Below, one piece after another: positions 40,134-52,646 of a stretch of 64,000 nucleotides of DNA. The notes beneath the pieces were generated by a model that saw only the letters and a program-made list of their open reading frames with translations, was not told where the DNA came from and searched no databases. Position numbers and translations under genes: made by a program. Location: the NCBI GenBank assembly GCA_044229145.1, contig JBGATO010000005.1:1-64000 (forward strand), given 5' to 3'. The stretch comes from Candidatus Eiseniibacteriota bacterium (GTDB lineage: Bacteria; Eisenbacteria; RBG-16-71-46; CAZEPH01). How positions within the stretch are numbered: position 1 is the first letter of the stretch; the number at the start of each line of letters is the position of its first letter.

Positions 40134-42641
40134 CTACCAGCGCAGCGTCACCCCGATGGTCGGCAGGAACGGGAAGCCGTTGAGCGCCTCCCGCTGCAAA
40201 CGCGGCCGGTCCGCCGCGAGATCGGGCGCCAGAGACGGCGAATAGTCGATCACGTTCTTGCGCGCCAGCAGGTTGATGATGTCGAGATAGAGATCCCAAT
40301 CGCGCCCGCCCCATCGTGGGGACCACGTCAGCCGCACGTCGACTTCCTGGAACGACGGCAGCCGCCCGTTCGCCAGCGTGGTGACGCCGTCGAAGCGCGG
40401 AATCCAGATGAGATCGCCCTGCGCGGTGCGCTCCGGCACGATGTGCCCGAACGAATCCACCACGGTGGACACCGTGACGCCGTCGGGCCGGTCGTACGGG
40501 AAACCGCTCGCGTACTTCGCGGTCGTCCCGAGCGTCCACTTCTCGCCGAGGCGATAGGTGAGCACCGCGTTGAAGGTGTGCCGGCGATCGTAGTCGAACG
40601 GCAGCGTACGCCCGTACACGGTGCGGCGGGCGATGCCGTAGGTGTAGCTCGCGTAGCCGAACAGGCGATCGTCGGCCATGCCGCGCTTCTCGAGGTACAG
40701 GTCGATGCCGCGCGCGAGTCCCGTCGCGTCGTTGCCCGGCAGCGCGGTGATCTGCTTCGCGGTCGGAATCTCGGCGAGCAGGCTGTCAGGGAATCGGTAC
40801 GAGGCCAGACGCGCAGCCTGCTCCGCGTCCGTCTCGAGCCGCCCGACCACGAGGTCGTCGAACGATTTGAGATAGAGCTCGGCCTGCGCCTTCCACGTGC
40901 CCGGCAGCAGCCGCTCGATGCCGAGGATGTAGTGCTGCGCGTGTTCGCTCGTGAGATCGAGCGGCCCCGGTGCGTCGAGGCGCACGAAATAGTCCGCGTC
41001 GATGAACTTCTCGTAGCCCGGCGTCTGCGCGAACGCGCCGGTGGCGAAGCGCAGCGTCGTCGCTTCGTCCGGCTGGAGCGACACGGCGGCGCGCGGCTGC
41101 CAGTCGGCACGCTCGTGAATGGTCGCGTAGTCGCGACGCAGGCCGGCGGTGAACTTCAGGCGCTCACCCATCGACATGTCATCTTGCACGTAGGCGGCCC
41201 AGCGCGTGGTCGGGCGTCCGACCAGCAGCGTGTCCGGCGATGCCGCGCCGCCGCGCACGTCGGTGGGATTGCCCACCGCCGGATTGCGATCCGACGCCGG
41301 ATCGAGATGGAACCGCACATCGGTGCGCTGCGCGTGCACTTCCCCGCCGATTGTCAGCAAGTGCGCGCCGTGCTGCATCGACATGTCATCGCGCAGCATG
41401 CCGTCGCGGATCTTGATGTAGCGGTCGAAGATGACGGTGGCGGTGCGGGTGGTGTCGCCGGTGTTCGGAATCTTCGACTTCACATCGAAGCTGCCGTCGA
41501 AGTCGAGGCGGTCCGGATTTTCGTACCACGACGCGGTGAACTTGTTGACGGCGCCCTTGCGGCCACGTGTCCACGTCACGCCGCCGACGTCGTTGTGCGC
41601 GTTGTTGAAGAAGTTCGCGTCGACGTTGTTCGTGGTCGACGTGATGTCCGCGTTGGTGCGCTCGTGGCTGACCAGGCCGAACGCCGAGATGCGATCGCGC
41701 GGCGAGGCTTGCAGCGCCAGCTTGCCCTGGAAGTCGAGGAAGCTGGGAAGCGTCGTCCCGGCGATGCTGTTGGCGATGAGGTCATAGTAGGTGCGGCGCG
41801 TGGTGAGCAGCCAGGTGCCGCGATCGCCGCCGCCGAGGCTGCGCGGCAGCGGCCCGCCGGCGACGATGTTGGCGTCCGTGATACTCATCGACGCGACACC
41901 GTTGCGGCCGGTCGCGTCGCCGTCCTTGTTCGACACCAGCAGGAGCGACGACAGGCGGTTGCCGTACTTCACCGGGAAGCCGCCGCCACTCAGCGTGAAG
42001 TCGGACACCGCTTCCGGGTTGAATGCCGAGAGCAAGCCGAACACGCGATACGGGTTGTAGATCTCGACGTCGTCGAGCAGCACGAGGTTCTGATCCGGCC
42101 CGCCGCCGCGCACGCTGAGGCGCGAGCTGAAGTCAGTGGTGCTCACCACGCCCGGCAGCGTCGACAGCGTGCGGAACACGTTTTCGAGCGTGCCCGGCGT
42201 GTCCTTGACGACGCGCGGCGCCACCGGGAACACGCTCGGCGTCTGCTCCTTCTTGAGCCGCGAGTCGCTGACATGCACCGTCGCGCCCGCCACCGGCAAA
42301 CGTCCGAGACGGATCTCGAGCGGCGCGACGCCCGACGCGGTGAGGGTGACGCTCACCTGCTGCGTGCGGTATCCGAGCTTCACGACCTTCAGCACCACCG
42401 GACCGTACGGCAGTTGATCGAAGGAGAACGCGCCGTCGGCCTTGGTGGTGACGCCCCGCTTCCACTGCGGCAAGAGGATGTTGGCGCTGACGAGCGCGTC
42501 GCCGGATGCGGAGTCGCGCACGACGCCGGTGAGGGATCCGCGGAGCGCGTCCGCCGCCATGACCGGGCGCGCCGACAGCACGCCGCACAACACACCTAGA
42601 AGCGCGGCCACACGCCACGCACGATTCAATGGGTTTCGCAT
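40134..42641 (-). CDS. TonB-dependent receptor with N-terminal carboxypeptidase-regulatory-like domain
   Basis: Signal peptide. G.V.D..SG..L..ANI, LPGV, LSVRGGGPDQN, GGFPVKYGNRLSS plug motifs. DRRH. C-terminal PTIGVTLRW. Real start 42641, not 45203. Confidence 0.9.
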   Translation of the reverse strand: MRNPLNRAWRVAALLGVLCGVLSARPVMAADALRGSLTGVVRDSASGDALVSANILLPQWKRGVTTKADGAFSFDQLPYGPVVLKVVKLGYRTQQVSVTLTASGVAPLEIRLGRLPVAGATVHVSDSRLKKEQTPSVFPVAPRVVKDTPGTLENVFRTLSTLPGVVSTTDFSSRLSVRGGGPDQNLVLLDDVEIYNPYRVFGLLSAFNPEAVSDFTLSGGGFPVKYGNRLSSLLLVSNKDGDATGRNGVASMSITDANIVAGGPLPRSLGGGDRGTWLLTTRRTYYDLIANSIAGTTLPSFLDFQGKLALQASPRDRISAFGLVSHERTNADITSTTNNVDANFFNNAHNDVGGVTWTRGRKGAVNKFTASWYENPDRLDFDGSFDVKSKIPNTGDTTRTATVIFDRYIKIRDGMLRDDMSMQHGAHLLTIGGEVHAQRTDVRFHLDPASDRNPAVGNPTDVRGGAASPDTLLVGRPTTRWAAYVQDDMSMGERLKFTAGLRRDYATIHERADWQPRAAVSLQPDEATTLRFATGAFAQTPGYEKFIDADYFVRLDAPGPLDLTSEHAQHYILGIERLLPGTWKAQAELYLKSFDDLVVGRLETDAEQAARLASYRFPDSLLAEIPTAKQITALPGNDATGLARGIDLYLEKRGMADDRLFGYASYTYGIARRTVYGRTLPFDYDRRHTFNAVLTYRLGEKWTLGTTAKYASGFPYDRPDGVTVSTVVDSFGHIVPERTAQGDLIWIPRFDGVTTLANGRLPSFQEVDVRLTWSPRWGGRDWDLYLDIINLLARKNVIDYSPSLAPDLAADRPRLQREALNGFPFLPTIGVTLRW

Positions 42642-42914
42642 GGGTGGGAACGCTACCGACTCTCGCGCGGGCGGACAAGCTCCACCGGCGACACGCCCGT
42701 CAGATGTCACGACGAAGTCTCCTCGGATTATCACAGGGAAGGCGCGCAGGGGCTCCTGGGTTCCCCGGCGCGCCTTGTGGGACGCCTTGGCCGCCGCCGA
42801 GGTCTCGCCGCGTAACACTCCGCACGGCTGACCGCGGGCGGCGCGTGTGCTACCGTGCTCGCTGCTCGCCTCGCCCTGCACCGCGTGTCCCTTCGGCCGA
42901 CCAGGAGTCCACCC

Positions 42915-46202
<3,288 letters not shown>

Positions 46203-46347
46203 CAGACCACGCCAACTCGCTGACATGCCACCAGTTCAAGCGCCGGCTCCGGGGCGAGACGCCGGACGCTCCTGCCCTCGCCTCGGCGCCCATCGCGCGG
46301 CCGCCGGGGCGAGGTGGGGCCTCCCCGGCGGCCGCTGCGCCTCTGAG

Positions 46348-48222
46348 CTAGGGTACCGCGCGCAGGACGCGGCCACGCAGCCGCTCCGCCCCTGCCTCGA
46401 CCTCGGTGAGATAGAGCCCGGCCGGCACCTCACGGCCTGCCGCATCGCGGCCATCCCAGCGGATCGCGTTCTCGCCGGCACGCGCGCCCGGCACCGGAAT
46501 CCGCGACACCAATCGGCCGCCCGCTGTGTAGATCGTCACCGTCGCTGGCTGACTGCCCGCGAGCGTGAAGCGGATCTCCGGATGCGCCGGCGCGGGAGTG
46601 ACGAGCGCGAAGGTCTGGAGCGCCGCGCCTGCCTTGGGCGAAGCGCCCGAGAACGCGTCGCGCGAGATCCACGTGTGGTAGTCGCCGCCGCGCGCCGCGT
46701 AGCCTGACAGCGTCCAGCCAATCCCTGTGGTTTGCGGATCCGCCGCTGCACCGTTGTAGTCGCCCCAGCGCCCGCCCCAGTACGCATCAACTCCTTCGCG
46801 GAGCATGGTTGCCGAAGGAAACGCGGTGTCCGCGGCGCGCAACCCAATCGCGGTCGCGCTCACGCAGTCGTGCGTCGACGACCGCGACGCGGCGATGTAG
46901 ACGTTCCCGAGCGCGTCGACGCCGATGCCCGGATACGAGTAGTAGGCGCCGTTGCCGCTCGAGCCGTAGGTGAGGTCGCGCACCCGCGTCGCCGTCGACG
47001 TGTTGATGGTGAGCAGGCGCACGGCGCTGACATCGTCATAGGCTTCCGTGAAGCCGGTGTAAAGTGTGCCCGCCAGCCACGACGGCGCGGCCACGCGGCA
47101 ATCGCCCGCGCTGTAGTCGGGGACCAGCACGCCGCACTGCTTCGCGGTTGGCGGCAGCGCGTAGGCGCCGCACGCCACCACCCCGAGACGGACCAACGAG
47201 ACGCCCAACGGCCCTTTGTCCGGCACGATCTTCCACAACTGCACCGAGCTCCCGCCCAACCGCTTGCTGTCGACCAAGAACTCGGTGGTCGTCGAGCTGA
47301 GCGACATCGCGGGCGCCAGGCAAAGGGCCAGCGCGCCGTCCGCATCGGTCATGCGCGTGAACTCGATCGTCGTGGGGACGCTGCCAATGCCGTACAGCGT
47401 CTCCTTCGGCAACACACGGATCTTGGCGAACTGGAACTCGTCGCGGTCGAAGGTGAACATGTTGCCGCTGACGTACACGCGGTCGTTGTCGTAGCCGAGC
47501 ATCGGGAAGTCGAGCCACGTCGCGTTGGACGTCCCGCCATCGCTCGTAATGTCGAACACGCGATTGACGAAGCCGCTGGTCAGCGTGCTGGAAAGCGTCA
47601 CCGAGACGTACAGCGAGCATGTCCGCGCGGCGTCGTCCTTCCCGACGCAGACGAACACGAATCGCTGGCGCAGCACGTCGTAGAAGGCGCGCGGATCGAA
47701 GAGATTCATCGTCGCGCCGGCGCGGAACCATTCGGTCCAGGTGTGGAGCGCGAACTGCGTCCCGCTTGATTTCGTCCAGCCCGCCCAGCCGTCGTTGGTG
47801 ACGGTCAGCACGTGCGGTCCACCGACCGCGATGGACGCGTCGTACGGCACGAACTTGTCGAGATTGCCGACGCCCTCGACGCCGAGTTGCTGCACCAGCG
47901 GCACCGGGGCCGTGCGCCCGAGGGTCGTCTCCTCGATGATCTCGGCGCCCCCGAGACGCACTCCCGCGGGACGTGGCGGCAGATCGCGCGGCAATACCGC
48001 ATAGCCGTCCTCGATCTCCGGATGCCCCGCTGCGACCGCGCGGGCGCCCGCCGCCGGGAAGGGATCCGCCTCGAGTTCGCGCGCCGTCACCACCCACGTC
48101 CGGCCGGCACCCGCCTGCGTGGCCTGCCCCGGCCACACGACACCGTCGGCGGCGCGTGCAGGCTCTACCGTGAGGGCGATCGCGGCACCGACGGCCAGCC
48201 CGTACATCAGAATCTGTCGCAT
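46348..48222 (-). CDS. Secreted protein (PxD-AVG...RWGDY family) with FlgD-Ig/T9SS-like C-terminal domain
   Basis: GGAGG SD, signal peptide, PYDASIAVGG.H, FDPR..YD, WLDFP.LG, RWGDY. CTD: IYTAGGRLV...WDGRDAAGREVPAGLY. Confidence 0.8.
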   Translation of the reverse strand: MRQILMYGLAVGAAIALTVEPARAADGVVWPGQATQAGAGRTWVVTARELEADPFPAAGARAVAAGHPEIEDGYAVLPRDLPPRPAGVRLGGAEIIEETTLGRTAPVPLVQQLGVEGVGNLDKFVPYDASIAVGGPHVLTVTNDGWAGWTKSSGTQFALHTWTEWFRAGATMNLFDPRAFYDVLRQRFVFVCVGKDDAARTCSLYVSVTLSSTLTSGFVNRVFDITSDGGTSNATWLDFPMLGYDNDRVYVSGNMFTFDRDEFQFAKIRVLPKETLYGIGSVPTTIEFTRMTDADGALALCLAPAMSLSSTTTEFLVDSKRLGGSSVQLWKIVPDKGPLGVSLVRLGVVACGAYALPPTAKQCGVLVPDYSAGDCRVAAPSWLAGTLYTGFTEAYDDVSAVRLLTINTSTATRVRDLTYGSSGNGAYYSYPGIGVDALGNVYIAASRSSTHDCVSATAIGLRAADTAFPSATMLREGVDAYWGGRWGDYNGAAADPQTTGIGWTLSGYAARGGDYHTWISRDAFSGASPKAGAALQTFALVTPAPAHPEIRFTLAGSQPATVTIYTAGGRLVSRIPVPGARAGENAIRWDGRDAAGREVPAGLYLTEVEAGAERLRGRVLRAVP

Positions 48223-48489
48223 GTGTCCTCCGTCGCGCGCTCCGTGCGCGCTGGTGGACACACCCTACGGGGACGCTCGTGCGGCGGGACTGTGGCTCGT
48301 GCCTATGGCTGGCATTGACGGCGTTTATGGCCGGGCCGGATCGCCCACCCTTGGCCGGACACGCGAGAAACTTCGCCGATTGTGGGAACGAATGGCCGAC
48401 CGAGGGGTTCAGGAGACCACACCGGATGTTTCGTCCGGCTCCCCCGTCTCGCCATCCCCATCGCCGACTTCCACACCGGAACCCGTCGC

Positions 48490-49062
48490 GTGCCCTCAGT
48501 CCTGCTTCGATCGCGCCGCTCATTGGCGGCGGGTGCCTGCGCCCTCGTGTGCGCCGCGCTCGCCGCAGGGTCCGCACACGCTGGTGAAGCCGTGCAGAAT
48601 CCGCCGGTCGAATGGATCGCCGCGGGCAGCGCCTACGTCGACACGTTCACCGCCGAGCCCGGCACCGTGCGCGACGCCGCCGCCGCCATCTTGCTCCACG
48701 ACGGCTGGCGCTTCGCGGCCACGAACGATTCGCCGGACACCCTGACCTCGGCGTGGAAGCCGCTCGACAAGCTGTTCGTCCGCTTGCTGTTCGGCAATGT
48801 GCAGGCGCGCTGCCGCGTGACCTTCCGCGGCGTCGCCCCCGGGCGCACTCAGATCACCTTCCGCGCCGACGCGGCAACCCCGCGCACCGCCGCGCTCAGC
48901 GCGCTGCGCGCCAACGCCGATCGCGCCTACGCGAAAGCCGCGCGCGATTGGGCCGCGCACATGCGCCGCGTGCTCGCCGGCACCGACATGCCGCCGGCCG
49001 AGGCGTGGGCGGCCGCCCGCGAGATCGGCAAGGCGCCACCGCACGCCACGACACCGCCGTAG
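48490..49062 (+). CDS. Secreted hypothetical protein
   Basis: Signal peptide ending GSAHA. Compact globular-looking sequence. Start uncertain. Confidence 0.55.
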   Translation: MPSVLLRSRRSLAAGACALVCAALAAGSAHAGEAVQNPPVEWIAAGSAYVDTFTAEPGTVRDAAAAILLHDGWRFAATNDSPDTLTSAWKPLDKLFVRLLFGNVQARCRVTFRGVAPGRTQITFRADAATPRTAALSALRANADRAYAKAARDWAAHMRRVLAGTDMPPAEAWAAAREIGKAPPHATTPP

Positions 49063-49066
49063 ACGT

Positions 49067-50173
49067 CTACCGCAGCACCCGCACCGTTGCCTCACCCGCC
49101 CCACCGCGCAGCACGATCGTGTACAGACCGCGCGGCGCCGCACGCCACGCCGCCACACGATCCAGCACGAGCGACGTCGTGCCCGCGAACTCCCCGCGCC
49201 ACAGCGTGCCGCGCACGCGGCCCGTCACGTCGACGAGATATGCCGCGCCCCGCTCATACAGCGGTCCGCGCAATTCCACCGTTCGCGCATCAGCCAGCCG
49301 GCAGTCGAGCCGCGCACCGCGCGCCGCCGGCGTGCCCGCCTCCACCACACGTGTCACCGGATCGAGTTGATGTCCGTGCCGAAACTGCGCGCGCACCTTC
49401 GAGACCTGCCCCGGCGACACCGTGTGCATGACACCGGCGACGTAGATGTGCGACGTGCGGGCCAACGGCGGCACCGGAACCACCAGCACGTACACGGAAT
49501 CGCCCGGCGCCACCGGCCGCGGTCCGAGGCGCTCCGCGAGCAGCGTCGCGACCAGCGCCAGCGAGTCCCACTGCACGCTGTCCGGCAGCCAGCGCGGCGA
49601 CTGGTAGACCCGCAACGAATCCAACGTCAGCGACCACGTCGCATCCGTGTTGACGAACGCATAGATCAGCGTGTCGAGCGCCGCCCCCACCGCCGGCTTC
49701 CAATTCGCGAAGAAGAAGCCGTGGTCGGGCAGCAGTTTCGTCCCCGCGAGCGGCGACGCGCCCGATGCCGCGTACTCGACGGTCACGTTGTCGAGATAGA
49801 GCTGATTGTCGTTGTTGAGATCACCCTCGCCCGTCAGGGTGAGTTCGGTATTCGGCTCGGCGTGATTGCCGTAACAGTGGACGTGGACGCGCCACGGGTG
49901 ACCGCCACTGTTGTCGTCGGTCGACGTGTCGCCGTGCTGATACCAGTGCGGCGTGACGTCCCATTGGTAGTTCTCGAACCAGTAGTCTTCGGATTCGCTC
50001 TCGGCGACGTGGAAGTCGTACTTCAGGTCGGTCGCCTCTTTCTGCGCGTCGGTGGTGATCTTCTCGGACACCGAGACGTGACTCGAGGCGAATGCGGGGG
50101 TGGGGTTCAATGCCCAAAGCGCAAGGCCCGCCGCCCAGACGGCGGCCATGCGCACGCGGATCAGAGGCACCAT
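49067..50173 (-). CDS. Secreted hypothetical protein with degenerate T9SS/FlgD-like C-terminal domain
   Basis: GGAGGAGG SD. Signal peptide ending PAFA. Acidic beta-rich N-domain. C-terminal LVDVTGRV...PRGLYTIVL...VRVLR. Confidence 0.75.
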   Translation of the reverse strand: MVPLIRVRMAAVWAAGLALWALNPTPAFASSHVSVSEKITTDAQKEATDLKYDFHVAESESEDYWFENYQWDVTPHWYQHGDTSTDDNSGGHPWRVHVHCYGNHAEPNTELTLTGEGDLNNDNQLYLDNVTVEYAASGASPLAGTKLLPDHGFFFANWKPAVGAALDTLIYAFVNTDATWSLTLDSLRVYQSPRWLPDSVQWDSLALVATLLAERLGPRPVAPGDSVYVLVVPVPPLARTSHIYVAGVMHTVSPGQVSKVRAQFRHGHQLDPVTRVVEAGTPAARGARLDCRLADARTVELRGPLYERGAAYLVDVTGRVRGTLWRGEFAGTTSLVLDRVAAWRAAPRGLYTIVLRGGAGEATVRVLR

Positions 50174-50505
50174 GGTGTGACCTCCTCCGCACGCCGCGGG
50201 AACGCCGTACGTGAGTCGCGCCGGGAGGTCGCCCCGCGGCTGTGTGGTGGACGAACTGCGATACCACTCCCGCGCGCGCCGGCATCCACGATCGTGTCGA
50301 TCCGAATGCCTGTCGATGTGCCGAGTCTAGCGCGCGTCCGCCGCCCCGCAAGCCACGCACAGCGCGCCGCGCCCTCAGGCGCACGCCCCACATGCGCAAG
50401 GCGGGACGACGTCTCCATCGTCCCGCCTCACAAGCAGCGGCGTCTTCGGCTTCACGAACGGAGTGTCGGCGGACACTCACGACCGGACAGCAAGCCGGTG
50501 GTGCG

Positions 50506-50841
50506 TTAGGTCAGATTCCACCGCAATTCGTGGCGCGGCCGACTCGGCCACGCAGCATCCTCCTCCAAACCTCGGGCCGCCGCCACGCGCGCCAACCGCT
50601 CGCGCGTGCGAATGCGCTTCCAGTACATCCGCTTGATCGCCCGTGGCAGATGCCACATCCCTCGGCGCGGTTCCAGTCGCGCACGCACCTCCTCGTTGAT
50701 CGGTACGACCTCGTTGCCATAGCACTCCGGGTCGGCACAGCCGCCCAGCATGTTGTGGATGCACTGGAGTTGAGCGAGACCGCGTCGCAGCAATTTCTGC
50801 TGCCACGCGCGTTCAGGTTCCTGGCGACGGGTACGGCTCAT
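50506..50841 (-). CDS. Small basic hypothetical protein
   Basis: GGGGAGG SD. Candidate promoter TTGTCG-N16-TAGCAT at 50911-50884. No family recognised. Confidence 0.5.
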   Translation of the reverse strand: MSRTRRQEPERAWQQKLLRRGLAQLQCIHNMLGGCADPECYGNEVVPINEEVRARLEPRRGMWHLPRAIKRMYWKRIRTRERLARVAAARGLEEDAAWPSRPRHELRWNLT

Positions 50842-51069
50842 CGAGCAATCCCTCCCCTGGTTCCAGAGGCCGCTGCATGGACAATGCTAGCACTTTCCGC
50901 GGCCGCGACAAGGGAGGTCGCATCGCACGGCCGAGGTGCCTGGCTGGGGCGGGCCGTGGGAGCGTGAGGATGTGACGTGTGGGGGTTGTCGGCAGGGGCT
51001 CGGCCGTGGGCCGGGGGGAATCGTTGGGGTGGTGGTGAGGGTGCGGGAAATCGCGGAGCGGAGAAGTGA

Positions 51070-51143
51070 TGGAGGCGGCGACCGGAGTCGAACCGGTGTA
51101 GACGGTTTTGCAGACCGTTGCCTGGCCACTTGGCTACGCCGCC
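51070..51143 (-). tRNA. tRNA-Cys (anticodon GCA)
   Basis: GGCGGCGTAGCCAAGTGG...ACGGT-CT-GCA-AA-ACCGT...GGTTCGACTCC...CGCCGCCTCCA. Promoter TTGCCC-N17-TAGATT upstream. Confidence 0.96.
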
Positions 51144-51266
51144 GCAGTTTGGTGCAGGCGGACGAATCTACCATCCCGTCCGGGGCCGGGCAAGCGGTTC
51201 CGCTCCACGCCGCGCGATCCGCCCCACGGGCGGACCGACCTGCGCGGCACCACCGGCGGCCCCTCC

Positions 51267-51620
51267 CTACCGCGTCTTCCTCTCCTCCTCCACGATCACC
51301 GCCACCGTCTGCGATCCGAGGGTGAACGCCGCGTGGAAGACGCCGTGCACCGCGACCTCGGCCCCATCACGCGGCGCGCCGTGCTTCTCCGAGACGACGA
51401 GGATCGTCCCGGTGTCGTCGGTGACCTGGAAGGTGCCGTAGTTCAGCACGCCGACGCCGCCCTTCGTGGTGCCGGCGACCCACACCGACTTCCCTTCGGA
51501 CTGGCCGGGATCGTCGAGCAACCGGGCGATGGGCGTGCGCGAGTCACACCCGCTGAGGACGGCAAGCCACAACGCAAAAGCGCAGACGACGGAAGCGGAG
51601 GCGAAACGGCGAAGGGTCAT
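51267..51620 (-). CDS. Small lipoprotein with probable OB-fold
   Basis: Lipobox LSGC. I..LL.DP...EGK.V.V.G...FQVTDDTGTILV...V.V.G pattern. Confidence 0.7.
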   Translation of the reverse strand: MTLRRFASASVVCAFALWLAVLSGCDSRTPIARLLDDPGQSEGKSVWVAGTTKGGVGVLNYGTFQVTDDTGTILVVSEKHGAPRDGAEVAVHGVFHAAFTLGSQTVAVIVEEERKTR

Positions 51621-51858
51621 GAGGGCGAATCTCCAGGTGGACTGCACCGGTGGGCGACGCGTGGGTGCGTGCGAGGCATCGCCGCGTCTCGGCGCTTAGA
51701 GGGGACGACGGCCCGCGCGGTTCCCGCGGCGCGCCACGGCGCGTCCGTGCGCGACACGCCGCCGCGCGCGCGGCGCGACCGTCGCGACCGGCGTACAAAC
51801 ACGTCGCCCCGTCCACCCGCGGCGCGGATGAACGGGGCGAGACGCGAAACGGCAGGCG

Positions 51859-52461
51859 CTAGGGCGCGATCACCGCCCGGCACACGTCGCTCGGGATCGG
51901 CGGCCAGGTGAGTCCGCCGTCGACGGTCTGGACCGCCCCGCCGGTGCAGCCGCCCGTCGAGTTCCCGTCGACGAAGCACGCACCGCTCGGCGCCTCGAAC
52001 AACAGCACGTAGGTGGTGCCGGCGTTCAAGGTCACCTGCCGCGTGAAGCGGATCTTCGCGAGGGTCGCCGACGGGTAGGTGGGCGCCCCGCTGATCGAGA
52101 GTGGAGTGCTCGCGGTGATGAGCGACCCCGGCACGCCGCCGCCGGCGTCGGTGTAGATCGCCGCCTGGATCGTGAACGTCGGCGATCCGTTGTCGGACAC
52201 CGGCACGAACACGCCGAGCGGCGTCGTGGTCGCGGTCGGGACGAACTGCTGCGCGACCTTCCACCCGAAGCTGGTCGAGATCCCCCACCCCGACGCGATC
52301 GGGCCGGGGCACAGGTTCATGATGGTGAGCTGGCCGTCGGGCGGCAGCTGGAGCGTGCTGCCGGAGCCCTGGATGAACGGCCGGGGCGCGGCGGCGAAGG
52401 CGGACGAGGCGACGAGAAGCGACAGCGCAAGCGGTGCGACGGCGAGGAAGCGGCGGGGCAT
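51859..52461 (-). CDS. Secreted beta-sandwich protein (choice-of-anchor-R-like domain)
   Basis: GGAGG SD. Signal peptide ending SAFA. AQQF...IYTD.GG.PG...TLNAGTTY motif. Confidence 0.65.
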   Translation of the reverse strand: MPRRFLAVAPLALSLLVASSAFAAAPRPFIQGSGSTLQLPPDGQLTIMNLCPGPIASGWGISTSFGWKVAQQFVPTATTTPLGVFVPVSDNGSPTFTIQAAIYTDAGGGVPGSLITASTPLSISGAPTYPSATLAKIRFTRQVTLNAGTTYVLLFEAPSGACFVDGNSTGGCTGGAVQTVDGGLTWPPIPSDVCRAVIAP

Positions 52462-52591
52462 GGTGTCCTCCGGCGACAAGTGAGGGGTGTGGGGGGAGCC
52501 GGTTGTGGACCTACATCTCAACCGTAGAGGCGACTTTGGTCGACGTCAAGCACTCTCCCGCCGCGACGGCGCCCGCCGCCCCCCCAACGCC

Positions 52592-52624
52592 ACGGGGCGG
52601 AGGCCGCCTCGGCCCCCGCCCCGT
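52592..52624 (-). terminator. Hairpin downstream of the endonuclease gene
   Basis: ACGGGGCGGGGGCCG-AGG-CGGCCTCCGCCCCGT stem-loop on the minus strand, 22 nt after the stop. No U-tract. Confidence 0.5.
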
Positions 52625-52646
52625 CCTCGTCAGCTCGGGTGATCGG

